The translations under genes were made by a program, and so were the position numbers. This document shows, piece after piece, positions 27,902-38,254 of a stretch of 52,545 nt of DNA. The notes beneath the pieces are model-generated. The model was not told the origin of the DNA. It was given only the letters and a program-made list of their open reading frames with translations, and searched no databases. The DNA comes from a virus (taxonomy: Duplodnaviria > Caudoviricetes): the IMG/VR virus record IMGVR_UViG_3300033144_004328, positions 1 through 52,545 of that record; one strand, written 5' to 3'. Numbering within the stretch: position 1 is the stretch's first letter; every line of letters begins with the position of its first letter.

Positions 27902-30900
27902 GTGATGGGACTTCAGATGCTCGATGTAGAATACGTCCTGCCGCCGGATGCGGAGAGCGTATGGGTCACAGTCGGCAACATCTCTGTGCATGTCGAGCGT
28001 GGTGATGATGGCGTCTCCGTTACTCTGTACCCTGTGGGCAAAGAGACCGAGGCGCTGACGGAGACGCGGGCTACCTATGATGAGGCAAGGAATGTATGAC
28101 CCCGCTCTAGAAACGTTCTGGCGTGAGGTCCAGAGGATGTCATTCATCGAGCGTCGACTGTGGCCTGCCATCTGGAAGGTGGGCGCAGTCGATGGTCGTA
28201 TGACTCTGGACCCCATCTACACACCGGAGCAACAGCGTCTCTTTGCTATTAGGGATCAATATCTCAAGGAGGTGTATGATCACTTGCACATTGGTACAAG
28301 AGGCGTGACGCCGGGCTGTGAGCATCGGCACAAGGAGGAGGAATGAGAGTAGGTCTTCACGGATCGGCATGTAGCGACAACTTGATCATATCAGCGGAGA
28401 ATGGAGTCGCTCGCCTCAAGCTGAGGGCGGCGTATCACCGTGCTGGCTTCTCGGCCACGTGCCATGAGGACTGGCTCGACTACTTCGGTGTGTCGCAGAC
28501 TGCTCGTAGGACCAGATACTTCACGACGATCTTCGTCAACTGCTCGGCTCGAGAGTTCGAGGCATTGCTGTGCAACGCCCTAGACCTTGAGAACAAGGAG
28601 GTGCTGAAGTGACGAGGAAGGCTAGCGACATCCCGGTGGTTGAGTTGGTCAAGATGATTGCTAAGCTGCGCGGGATCCTGATAGAGATCAACGAGAAGAT
28701 CTTCCTCATGTTTGCTGACTTGGACCAGCCCGCCGCTACGGTCACCTACAAAGACATCGACCAGCTCCTCAACGAGACCATGTTCGACGACGACCTCCAC
28801 GAGGACTCGGGCCCCGAGGGAGAGCCAGTACTAGGTGAGGCGCTCATCATCGCTGAGAAGATCTTCCTCTCGTTGTTGCCGTATGCCGTATTCCTCGAAG
28901 AGATGAGGGTGCTGGAGAACCTCGGCAAGGGCAGCCTCGTGCTCAAGATCCGGGTCATGCACCATCTCGGGGAAGCGACCAAGAACAGGGTGCCGTGGAC
29001 TAGGGACGTTTGGGGGAAGTTCAAGCCAATTGTCGAGAAGGTAGGAGATCACCACTTCATGATTGGAATCAAGGAGACTGACCGATGAAGGAGAGTGACG
29101 TCGACGCCGTCATGGGCGTCATCCGAGGCTACTTGACGAGCGAGTCGCTCGAAGAGTTCGTCCTCACCGCCAAGACCGTGGGCCCTGGCCCAGTACTGAC
29201 TCGGGGCGCGCTTGTCACGATGACGATTCGCGTCGGAGCAAAGGGGAGCTATGCCTTGGCAGATGCAGATCAATCTAGGCAATGAAGACCCACCGAACTG
29301 GGTCTCTGTGTCACCCTCTGGGAGCAAGACACCCTACGAGTACGACACCAAGCAAGAAGCCGCGCACATGCTTGACACCTGCTATCCTGATCAGTGCAGG
29401 GAAGACAGGCTCGGTGGTGTCCCGAAGCAGACCAGGGTGATTGAGGTCATAGCGCCGAAGCCGAAGTACGCTCATGACTGTGGTGCTTGCACCTTCCTTG
29501 GGCAGAGTTCGATGGGGCTTGATCTCTACCACTGTCTCCAAATGGGCATGCACCCGACTGTGGTTGCAAGGTTTGGTGACGGGCCGGCTGAGTACACCTC
29601 CGGCATCCCCTTCGCTGGGTCCAACCCCGACATCAACGAAGCAGTGGTCAAGGCCAAGGCCCTGGGGCTCGACATAGGCCCTTCCCCAGTCCCTGCAGAT
29701 GTTGAGACCACAGACGTACTCACACCCGAGATCGGTTTCAGTATGGGTGATGCTCCTACAGCAAGTAGCGTCGTCGACATGGTGCTGAAGAAGCTCAATG
29801 ACCTAGGGTTCGTGGCCCCCGAGCTCTGGCACGTCCACATCGATGATCTGAAAGAGACACTACTGGGCATCAAGGAGGAGATTGATGGGTGACAAAAAGG
29901 ATCATCTAGTGCGGCATGCTGGGTTGAGTCCCGGGCCCAGCTACCCGCCTCGTGACAAGGGCATGGACGAGCTCAAGAAAGTATACGACGCAGACACAAT
30001 CCTCTTGAGGGACAAGGAGATCGCGCGCCTAACCGCCGAGGTCGAGCTCCTCAAGGAGCGGCGCGACTCAGATCGTGCAGTGGTCTGCACCGCCTGCTAC
30101 AAGCGTATAGAACGCATGGACCGTGCCCGCTACCTGATTCACCTCCGTGTCATGGCGGACAAGTCCGAGGGAGGATAGCCATGAGTGGTCGGCATGACTT
30201 GCCTCGTGGCATGAGAGGCGAGCACTTCGGAGCTGAGGGTGATGGTGAGCGGCCGCCCCCAAGAAAGTCATCGGACACCGATACCGTTGCTCGCCTTCAA
30301 CGGGAGCGAAACGAGTGGGAGAAGGCCGCGAAGAGGTTGGAGTCAGAGAGTGTGACTCACTATGCCGAGTTGAAACAGGCCAAGCTGGCGCGGGACGAGG
30401 CAGTGAAAGAGGCAGACGAATCCGGCGAGGCGTGGCAGAGGCGCGAAGACGAAGCCATGGACTCAATCGATGCCCTTCGTGGACAACGTGACCGCCTACT
30501 CGAAGAGGGTCGCAAGGCGGATACGGAGCGCACCGCCCTCCACTCTGAGATCAAGCGGCTCAAGGCACAGCAGGCTGCCGTTGCGAAGAACCTCGGCACG
30601 ACCCCAAACGACTCCCTGTGGGAGCAGAGTGCCTACATCATGCGCCGTGCAACGAACGCCGAGGCTGAGGTGAAGCACCTACAAGGCTTGCTGACTGCGC
30701 ATCGGCTCCTTTGTCTTCTTGGTCCGTCTGCAGACGATGATGAGCCGTGCTCATCGTTGCGGTGGGACGGCAAGAAGTGGCAGTGCGTCGCATTGGAGGG
30801 GACTGATGTCTGCTGATGATCGTGCCGAGGCCATGTACCGTGCAGTCGTCAAAGCAAAGGGTGCCGAGCTCAACGAGTCTGAGCGTACTCAACTCGTGGC

Positions 30901-32467
30901 AGCGATAATCTATGCCGAGGCTGAGTCCGCCCCTGCACGGATCAAATCGCTCGAGGCAGAGGTGGAGCGACAGCGAGGAATCAAGCTCCGCATCGCAGCC
31001 AGATTAGTGTGGGCGAAGGACCTGCTGGAGACGATTCGGTCCGACGGTTACGAACACCGACAAGAAGCGGCGATCCTTATGCACCATGTCCAGCATTGTG
31101 ACGAGGAGGAAGACGACAACGGCATGTGCATGTGCGGACGAGCTATTGCAGAAGCCCTGGGCATGAAGCACCGCGAGATCGCTGCCCTTCGTGCTGAGGT
31201 GAAGCAGTTGGAGTGGGTGGCTGATGCCATTCGGCGATGGCCCAACAACAAACGCCTGGCGAATGAGATCCAGCGGCTGGAGGGGCTGATTGGGCGGTTG
31301 GTGTCGGACATCGGTGAAGTGCTGCCGAGAGAACTAGCTGATCGGATTACGGCTCGCATCCGTGCGGCTACGGTCAAGAAAGGTGGCGGAGATGGCCCAT
31401 GACGACGAAGCCGGGACTCTTCGAGGGGTTGCTAGGCTCTCTATCGATCTAGCGAGGGACGTGCGGAGGTGCTTCAACGCTCTCCATAGCGAGATCAAGC
31501 AGCTGCGGGGGCTGTTGCGTTGTGCAGTGACGCGCAACTCATGTGGCACTGATACGTGGATGGAGGGTTCAAGCTGCCCTTGTCCATCTTGCCAAGCATG
31601 GCTGTCGAGTGCGAAGGACGGAGGCAAGTGATGGGTGATCTATGTGCTAAATGTGGTGGGATGCGCTGGCCGCCACGGGGTTCTACTGAGTCGTCCTGCT
31701 CCTGCTCGTCGATTCCTCCCTGTGCTGGTTGTGCCACCCTCCGCATCGAGGTGAAGCATGTGGAGCACGCCGCACAGCGTGAACGTGAGCGTCATGCCAA
31801 AGTCTGCGACGACTGTCCAGATCGTGGGAAGTCTTCCGAGGTGGTGCGGTTGCAAGGGCTGCTGGACGAGGAGAAGCAGCGCCGGAACGCTCACGTCTGC
31901 CCTCACTGCAAAGAGCACACGGGGGATGTGGAGCCGGAGTGGAAGGGGCAGCGGCAGACATGCCCAATACACGGCACCGAGGCCCCGTGCCCGGAGTGTC
32001 TTCGCAGGGCGATGCGGGGCGCCCTGGCCGAGGACGGGTTCGCGATGGCTAGGAGGAACTGCCGGAAGTGTGGGGGTGAACTCTGGACCGATCACGAGAG
32101 GGAGAGTGGGTTCTGTCCGATGTGTGACCCGGTTGTGATAGCAGCACGCAAGCGGATAGACGACGCCCTAAAATGTCTTGATGAAAACCCAGCCTTGCAC
32201 GCCGAGCTTGCCACCCTCCGCGCCGCAGCCTTCCCCGGAGACGGGGAGTGGACCAGGAAGCCGGCGCCAGAGGACGGGTGGTATGTAACGAGCTGGACAT
32301 CCGACAGGGAACGGCGCTCCTTGCTGCACTACTGGGAAGATATGCTGCCCCCTGGATCGACCGGTGTCCGTTGGTCCGTCCCTGTCCCTGTCGACAAGCT
32401 GCCGCCCGTGCCGGAGGGATGCCACGAAACAGGTACAAGATTCATGGAGGGAAACCATGGTAAGTGA
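27902..32467 (+). CDS. Run of hypothetical genes (27902-28099, 28092-28346, 28343-28612, 28609-29088, 29085-29285, 29251-29892, 29885-30178, 30181-30816, 30806-31402, 31392-31631, 31631-32467)
   Basis: Overlapping chain with RBSs; several coiled-coil and Zn-finger proteins. Confidence 0.65.
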
Positions 32468-33176
32468 AGAGCAGATCGAAAGTCTGGTAGAAGAGCTCCG
32501 CGTCATGATGGCTACGTCTCGTGTGTCCATGGGGACCAGAACTGGCCAGTACGAGAAGCTCTGTACCTTGGCAGGTGTTGAGCCGTCGCTGTTCTCCTGG
32601 AACGAAGTCGTCGTCATGATCGAGCAGAAGCTCATGCCACAACCGAGTCGGACCGTTACGCTATCCGATTACGCGGAAGCCATGCGTAGTCGTGTCTCAG
32701 ACCTCGAGGCGCGTCTCCGGGACCAGGACCAAGACACAGTGACGGAGTCCGCGGACCCCGAAACGAAGGTATTCCGGGCGGTGAGTGATCTCCACCTACT
32801 GGGAATCGTGGTGAAAGACGGTGGTTACGGTTCTGTGTCCTCGATGATCAAGGACGCCGCTGACCTACTGGTAAAGGAGCTGCCATGCTCCCCGGGGTGT
32901 CGAGGCGTGACCGCGTTCGCGACTGAGGTCCCTGCTGGGTTCGTACACGTCAAGCGTTGTGATGCGTGCGATAAGTTCGAGAGCAACGAAGAAGCTGCGG
33001 AATCGATCACCAAGCACGTGTTCCACTACTGCACCGACTGCGGGCGTGTCTCCCTTAGCCCGTGCTCGGAGACAGCCCTCGGGGGGCACATCATTCGTCA
33101 ACATCGAGACAATGTCGTAGTCGTCATCACAGAAGCCGCGGCACGAGAAGCCGGGCTAACGACGGGGAGGGGCTAG
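32457..33176 (+). CDS. Hypothetical protein with Cys-rich C-terminal domain
   Basis: AGGTACAAGA (32431-32440) plus GGAGG RBS; VHVKRCDACDKFES...CTDC. Confidence 0.7.
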   Translation: MVSEEQIESLVEELRVMMATSRVSMGTRTGQYEKLCTLAGVEPSLFSWNEVVVMIEQKLMPQPSRTVTLSDYAEAMRSRVSDLEARLRDQDQDTVTESADPETKVFRAVSDLHLLGIVVKDGGYGSVSSMIKDAADLLVKELPCSPGCRGVTAFATEVPAGFVHVKRCDACDKFESNEEAAESITKHVFHYCTDCGRVSLSPCSETALGGHIIRQHRDNVVVVITEAAAREAGLTTGRG

Positions 33177-33570
33177 GAATGAACGGCGATGGACAGACCA
33201 TACCGGGCGCCAAAGCGACCCCGGAAGTCACGCTACCCCTATTGCTGTTCCGGATCGACCAGCTCGTGGAGTATGTCACTGGGCTTGGTGCCTCCTGGAA
33301 GCAGTTCAGCGAGGAGCAGACCCGCAGGTTCGAGGCCCTGATGGAGAACATGCCGAACTTCGGGGCTGAGGCCGTGAAGGAGCAGAACCGCTTCAACGCA
33401 GAAGATCGTATCCGTCAGTACAGGGACAACATGGCCTATGAGTTGTTCAAGACGGCTGTGGAAATGCCGAGCTACGATACCGTGATCGAGAGCCCCAGGG
33501 ACTTGGCCAAGAGGTGCTGGGGCTTGGCTGAGGAGTTCGTGCGTGAGTACCCAGAGGGGGAAAAGGCTAC

Positions 33571-34176
33571 GTGAACACCCTGATCACCTACCCTCGCACA
33601 GGTACGTACTGGACACGTCACCGCATCCAGATCTTCAGGCAGCTGTACACAGCGGGTGGTAGGGACCGGCCGAATGCGAACTTCTCTCATGGACCTTACC
33701 ATCCTCGGTTCCATGACTGTGACGGCCCAATGGACATCCTGCCCGGCAAGTGGTTCGCCATGATGCGGGATGCTAAGCAGTGTGTGGTGTCGAACTGGCA
33801 TTGGATCAAGACTCGTAGTACGCTCAACCACCCGGACTACGAGACTCTTGAAGCCTATGCAGTCTACGGGGCTAAGAGGTACGCCCACTACCTGAACTGG
33901 CTCGCTGGGTTGGACCTCGAGGACGTGTATGCCTACGAAGATGCTGGGACGGAGCAGTTCGTTCGGACAGAGATACCTAGGCTGTTGGGTATCGACTTCG
34001 AGCCAGATGATGATCTTGTGGCCAAGGTCATGCTTGAGGGCGCTGCAAAGATAAACCTGGTTGGGGCCGATCATGACACTGTCCCAGCGAAGCTCCTCGA
34101 GGTCATCGACGACGTGATCTGGGGTGAGGTGCGTAACAAACGTTACCAGGAACGCTACCTGAAGGAGGGACTATGA
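33571..34176 (+). CDS. PAPS-dependent sulfotransferase-domain protein
   Basis: 5'-PSB-like ITYPRTGTYW, 3'-PB-like MRDAKQCVVSNWH, downstream YED. Confidence 0.75.
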   Translation: MNTLITYPRTGTYWTRHRIQIFRQLYTAGGRDRPNANFSHGPYHPRFHDCDGPMDILPGKWFAMMRDAKQCVVSNWHWIKTRSTLNHPDYETLEAYAVYGAKRYAHYLNWLAGLDLEDVYAYEDAGTEQFVRTEIPRLLGIDFEPDDDLVAKVMLEGAAKINLVGADHDTVPAKLLEVIDDVIWGEVRNKRYQERYLKEGL

Positions 34177-34712
34177 GCGAGCAGAGCCTCTACGAAGAGC
34201 TGATCGAAGCCCGGCAGTGCCACCAAGAGACCTTGCTCCGTGCTCAAGCAGCGGAACGGGATGCGGCTACTGCTAGAGCAGAGAGTCGTAGCGAAGTGCT
34301 GAGGCGAGTGGCCGCTGAAGAACGAGCCGACGATTGGGTTGAGAAGACCCGTGCGGCAGAGAAGAGGTGTGGCGCCCTTCGCATCAAGGTCAATGAGCTC
34401 TCAGCAAAGGGCAACGTCTTGGGGAAGCCTCATGCCCGCGCAGATACCCTCGCTGCTGAGGTTGATGAGCTGCGTGAGAAAGTAGGCATGCTGGGCGAAG
34501 AGATCATGAAGGCAGTAACGTGTCTCGAGGCCCTGGTTGGCTATCACTGCTTGCCCTCTAAGGGCGAGTCGAAGCTGTTGGGGCTAGTGGGCCTCGTCAA
34601 GCTCAAGTATGAACAGGCTATCGAGGATCGCGCCGCGATCCACAAGTCCTTCGGCGTTTGTCCGCACTGCATCAAGGCCATGACGTACTGTAGCTGCGGT
34701 AAGACTCCCTGA
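34173..34712 (+). CDS. Coiled-coil protein with C-terminal Zn finger
   Basis: CPHC...CSC. Confidence 0.65.
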   Translation: MSEQSLYEELIEARQCHQETLLRAQAAERDAATARAESRSEVLRRVAAEERADDWVEKTRAAEKRCGALRIKVNELSAKGNVLGKPHARADTLAAEVDELREKVGMLGEEIMKAVTCLEALVGYHCLPSKGESKLLGLVGLVKLKYEQAIEDRAAIHKSFGVCPHCIKAMTYCSCGKTP

Positions 34713-34750
34713 TCTTGCTATAAGAGCAATAGCGAAAGGGGAGTTACATG
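34709..34750 (+). promoter_or_regulatory. Promoter+RBS cassette (TGCTATAAGA 34716-34725), near-duplicate of 9738-9780
   Basis: ctgatcttgctataagagcaatagcgaaaggggagttacATG. Confidence 0.75.
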
Positions 34751-35334
34751 ATCAACGAGGCCACGATTCTGACTATGTGTTGCGTAGTACTGGAGTCCCG
34801 TCTTCGGACGCTTCACAAAACAGTGAGGTCCTATCAGCGGCAGGGGTATTTCACCACGCTTCGACGTATCGAGGCGGATGGCGGGTGCCTGCACAACTGG
34901 ATTGAGGAGGTCGAGGGGCTGTATCCCCTCGAGGACTTGGACCGCTGGACAAATCTGGTCCACGCCGCAGATAAGTGGCTGGACAAAGTCGCCTACGGGC
35001 TCGTAGACGACAAGGGTGCCAAAGCCCCGGAGTGGGCCCAAGTCCGGAGTGAACTCATGGATCATCACCCCCAAGACCTCTGGGTGGGGGCGTGGTGATG
35101 GCGAACTCAAGCTATCGGCTCGAGCCCCCTGAGGACCCACGGATCTGCATGGAGATGTGGAGGAGCATCGCCATCCACCGTTTCGGCGTCATTGCTGAGC
35201 GCAGGGAGTGCTTTGACACATCTCCCGTCATGGTGCCGTTCTGGTACTACGCCACTGACCGGATCGAGATGTTCCCGGACTGGCTGGTTCGGGCCGTCTA
35301 CGCGAAGTGGCTGGTGGAGATGCTTGGTTCGTAG
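34748..35334 (+). CDS. Two hypothetical proteins (34748-35098, 35092-35334)
   Basis: Transcription unit between two cassettes. Confidence 0.65.
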
Positions 35335-35347
35335 CTCTTACCGACAC

Positions 35348-35395
35348 GGCCCCCTCCTGGGGCCCTCTGTCATTAGATCATTATGGGGTATAAGA
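35348..35395 (+). promoter_or_regulatory. Hairpin-TTAG / promoter cassette
   Basis: GGCCCC-CTCCT-GGGGCC, TTAG 35373-35376, GGGTATAAGA 35386-35395. Confidence 0.72.
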
Positions 35396-35416
35396 ACGGT
35401 GAAAGGAGATCATTAT

Positions 35417-36355
35417 ATGCCCAAGAACTATGTGGCCATAAGTGAGCCCGTGTTCAAGGCTCTAGGGGCAGCGGCAGACGACGCCGCCAGCACCATGAGC
35501 GGGCTGTACCAGGGCCGCCTCATGAAGCATATCGAGAAAGTTCGGAACAGTGGGAGAGTGGTGTCGAACGCCGCGTTCGACGCTATGTATTCCATGGACA
35601 ACAACACAGCGCGGGAGAAGCTCGATGGCGTTGAGCAAGCCAAGGCGACCAAGGAGGCCAAGGCCGCGAAGAAGGAGACCAAGGCCGCCACAGAGGCCTC
35701 GATCTACTACAACTACCTTCGTGGTAGGACGGGTACTGACGATCACCTGAGCGGCTCCTCCACTCAGCTGGACTACGCCGTGGCTCGGGCCATCGGTGAG
35801 CGTGATGCCGCCAACGACCACCGGCTCCGTACCAAAGCAGAGGTCGTCAAGGAGGTCAAGCGCCTCCTGGAGGAGTAATGGACTGCAAATGCGGCGCGCC
35901 TATCCAGCTCGGTGAGGCTACATGTCCCCAATGCTTGGACGCTAAGCTCAAGGACATCCAGGACGCCGCTTGCTCCTTCTGTGGAAAGTCTACTCTCGAT
36001 GACGAGCGGTTCGAGCTGATACTGGCGGTGGAGGACATGGAAATCGAGCTGGAGAGGGCTCGGGACACCAAAGACCCTGACCCAGAGAAGGTTGCTGCGG
36101 CGGAGGACGAGCTCGCTCTTCGAGTTCAGAAGCTGGAGGCCCATGAACTGTCACGATGATCCTCGAGCGTGTGAGCGGCTGCGCTCCATGCACCAATGCC
36201 CAAACAACTGCTCCTCCCCGGAGCGGGTCGCACCGACACCGTCGGCACCGCTGACACCGCCACAGAAGAGGCTCAGAGAGCGCGAGGCCCAATCCATATT
36301 GGGCAAGTGGCAGGAGCTCCGAACAATTCCGTGGTTGACTGACGCCGACGAGTAG
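35417..36355 (+). CDS. Three hypothetical proteins (35417-35878, 35878-36159, 36143-36355)
   Basis: First start moved to ATG 35417 after AAAGGAG; TAATG overlap. Confidence 0.7.
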
Positions 36356-36368
36356 CTCGAAACATCCC

Positions 36369-36409
36369 AGGCTTCCACTCGGAAGCCTTCTCCTTAGATC
36401 GGTATAAGA
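36369..36409 (+). promoter_or_regulatory. Hairpin-TTAG / promoter cassette
   Basis: AGGCTTCC-ACTC-GGAAGCCT, TCTCC, TTAGAT, CGGTATAAGA. Confidence 0.75.
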
Positions 36410-36425
36410 CAAGCAAGGAGACCCA

Positions 36426-36683
36426 ATGAAGATCTATACCTATGTTGAACTCCGAGAGAAGGGGTTCAACAACGACTCATGCGTGCGAAATCGACTCTTG
36501 CACTGCATGAGCAAGGGCGACAGGCTCTTCGTGTTCGTGGACCCGTGTAGTGACAGTGGGGCGAGGATCGTCTTCTGGTCGGCGAATGACGATGCGCCTG
36601 TGCTTGGCAAGGAGGACCCGAGATGGGGCACGCTCCTCGGGGAGCTGGACCTCGAGTCCACCAAGAAGTTGCTCTGCGAATAG
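36426..36683 (+). CDS. Hypothetical protein
   Basis: Single-gene unit with AAGGAG RBS. Confidence 0.7.
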   Translation: MKIYTYVELREKGFNNDSCVRNRLLHCMSKGDRLFVFVDPCSDSGARIVFWSANDDAPVLGKEDPRWGTLLGELDLESTKKLLCE

Positions 36684-36693
36684 GCCCCAGAGT

Positions 36694-36703
36694 TGGTACA
36701 AGA
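36694..36703 (+). promoter_or_regulatory. Promoter motif TGGTACAAGA
   Basis: Followed by leader hairpin GAGCTAG-GACC-CTAGCTC and AAAGGAG. Confidence 0.72.
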
Positions 36704-36744
36704 CCTTCGAGCTAGGACCCTAGCTCAGGAAAGGAGCAGGATGA

Positions 36745-37047
36745 ATGATGGAGCTACGAAGCGTTCCCAGGGAAGAGGCAGAAGCCCACGTCGCAGCTGG
36801 TGGCGGGGCCTTCTTCCTCCTGGACCGGACCGGGGATTCAAAGACGGTCTGGGATCCGACTCGTCCCGCCGAGGTGGAGGCGGCTCAGGCTCAGTTCAAC
36901 AAGCTCGTCACCTGCCCGGCTCCCGGCGAAAAGCCGTACTCCGCGTTCCGGGCCACGGCGGACGGAGAGAAGTCCTCCCAGAAGATGACCAAGTTCGACC
37001 CGAAGGCGGGGGCAGTGATCCTGGTACCACCGATGGCCGGAGGCTGA
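36745..37047 (+). CDS. Putative ubiquitin-like (beta-grasp) protein with C-terminal diglycine
   Basis: Ends VILVPPMAGG-stop, like the MoaD/ThiS tail; predicted beta-beta-alpha-beta-beta-beta order. Confidence 0.6.
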   Translation: MMELRSVPREEAEAHVAAGGGAFFLLDRTGDSKTVWDPTRPAEVEAAQAQFNKLVTCPAPGEKPYSAFRATADGEKSSQKMTKFDPKAGAVILVPPMAGG

Positions 37048-37214
37048 GGACACCAAGCGTCACGGTCTACACGGAGTCGGTATCCACTGATCTGGACGGG
37101 GCATCTCACCACGTCTTCAGGGATCGACACGGCAACACGTACCATGTCGACAACTCGGCGCTGCTCCGGGACTTGAGACAGTTCATCGGCCAACCCCAGA
37201 CACCGGAGGTGCTC

Positions 37215-37958
37215 GTGGACGTTGAGCGTGTCATTCAGGAACAGATGTGGACGAGCTGGGTGACGGCGGGGTCCGCCAATGGCTTCGTTGTGGATCGCTC
37301 CAGCGTCGATGTGTGGGCGACCTTCTCCAATGGTAGTGCATCGAGCAGCTCAGTCACTCTCAATATTGACGACAGCACGTCCGGCCCCCTGTTCCCCTTG
37401 TTCCAGGCCACATCCGACAACACCCCGCCGTTCTGGCAGGACTGGGCTGCCAACCCTCAGCACATGTCTCATGGTCGTCGTGTCCCGATGGACCCGCCCT
37501 TCCCTTCGTTCTCGGAGACAGAGGAGGAGAAGGCGCAGCGCATCATCCGTCGGCAGCAGGAGCGCGAGCGCTGGGAGATAGAGCGTCTACAGCGGGATGT
37601 CGAGCTCAAGGCCTCCCAGATACAGGCGGCTGCCCTTCTGGACTCGCTTCTGGATGAGGTGCAGCAGGCTTCCTTGCAAGAGGAGGACTGGTTCTTGGTC
37701 ATGGGCAGTTCGGGGAACGTCTACAGGCTGCGTAGGGGACGAATTGGGAACATTGATCTTGTCAGTCCGGAAGGCAAGATCTTGAAGACCTTCTGCGTCC
37801 ACCCGGGTATCCACCTCCCGAACGCTGATGATCTCATTGCTCAGAAGCTGCATCTCGAGACCGATGAGGAATCACTCCTCAAGATCGCCAATCCCCACCA
37901 TGTCTACCATGGCCAGGCTCCGGTCATCGATATCAGGAAGCATCTCAAGGCAGCATAG
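37215..37958 (+). CDS. Hypothetical protein partnered with the -GG protein (start uncertain; frame open further upstream)
   Basis: W/S/T-rich N-terminal part, charged helix, then WFLVMGSSGNVYRL..G.IGNI...FCVHP...DDLIAQKLHLE; GGAGG precedes GTG 37215. Confidence 0.65.
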   Translation: MDVERVIQEQMWTSWVTAGSANGFVVDRSSVDVWATFSNGSASSSSVTLNIDDSTSGPLFPLFQATSDNTPPFWQDWAANPQHMSHGRRVPMDPPFPSFSETEEEKAQRIIRRQQERERWEIERLQRDVELKASQIQAAALLDSLLDEVQQASLQEEDWFLVMGSSGNVYRLRRGRIGNIDLVSPEGKILKTFCVHPGIHLPNADDLIAQKLHLETDEESLLKIANPHHVYHGQAPVIDIRKHLKAA

Positions 37959-37973
37959 TCATCCTACCTCTCA

Positions 37974-38013
37974 GGCCCCAGTACGGGGCCATCCCTTTTA
38001 GTGGTACAAGATC
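37974..38013 (+). promoter_or_regulatory. Hairpin-TTAG / promoter cassette
   Basis: GGCCCC-AGTAC-GGGGCC ATC CCTTTTAGTGGTACAAGATC. Confidence 0.8.
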
Positions 38014-38032
38014 TCGGAGGAGGGAGTGTAAC

Positions 38033-38239
38033 GTGCCAAACTGTCCTCATTGCGGTGTCAAAACCAAGCTCACTTCGTGGGGCTCCACGACCTGTATGAG
38101 CTGCCGTCAGAAGCTTGTTCATACTGGCGAGATCAAATGGGAAGACAACAAACACTACTGCGGAACGTGCGGACGCCAATGCGAGACCCAATCCGGGGAG
38201 TGCCACTCCTGCTGGAGGGCTAGGGTCGGCTATGACTGA
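38033..38239 (+). CDS. Small multi-CxxC Zn-finger protein
   Basis: Four CxxC pairs; GGAGGAGG RBS. Confidence 0.65.
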   Translation: MPNCPHCGVKTKLTSWGSTTCMSCRQKLVHTGEIKWEDNKHYCGTCGRQCETQSGECHSCWRARVGYD

Positions 38240-38254
38240 GAGGAGGTGAGGGTT

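Noticed and set aside
36693-37958. The 421-aa ORF as called in the track
   Set aside because: Its start lies within the promoter motif and its N-terminal part is an off-frame read of the Ubl gene; only the C-terminal part is accepted
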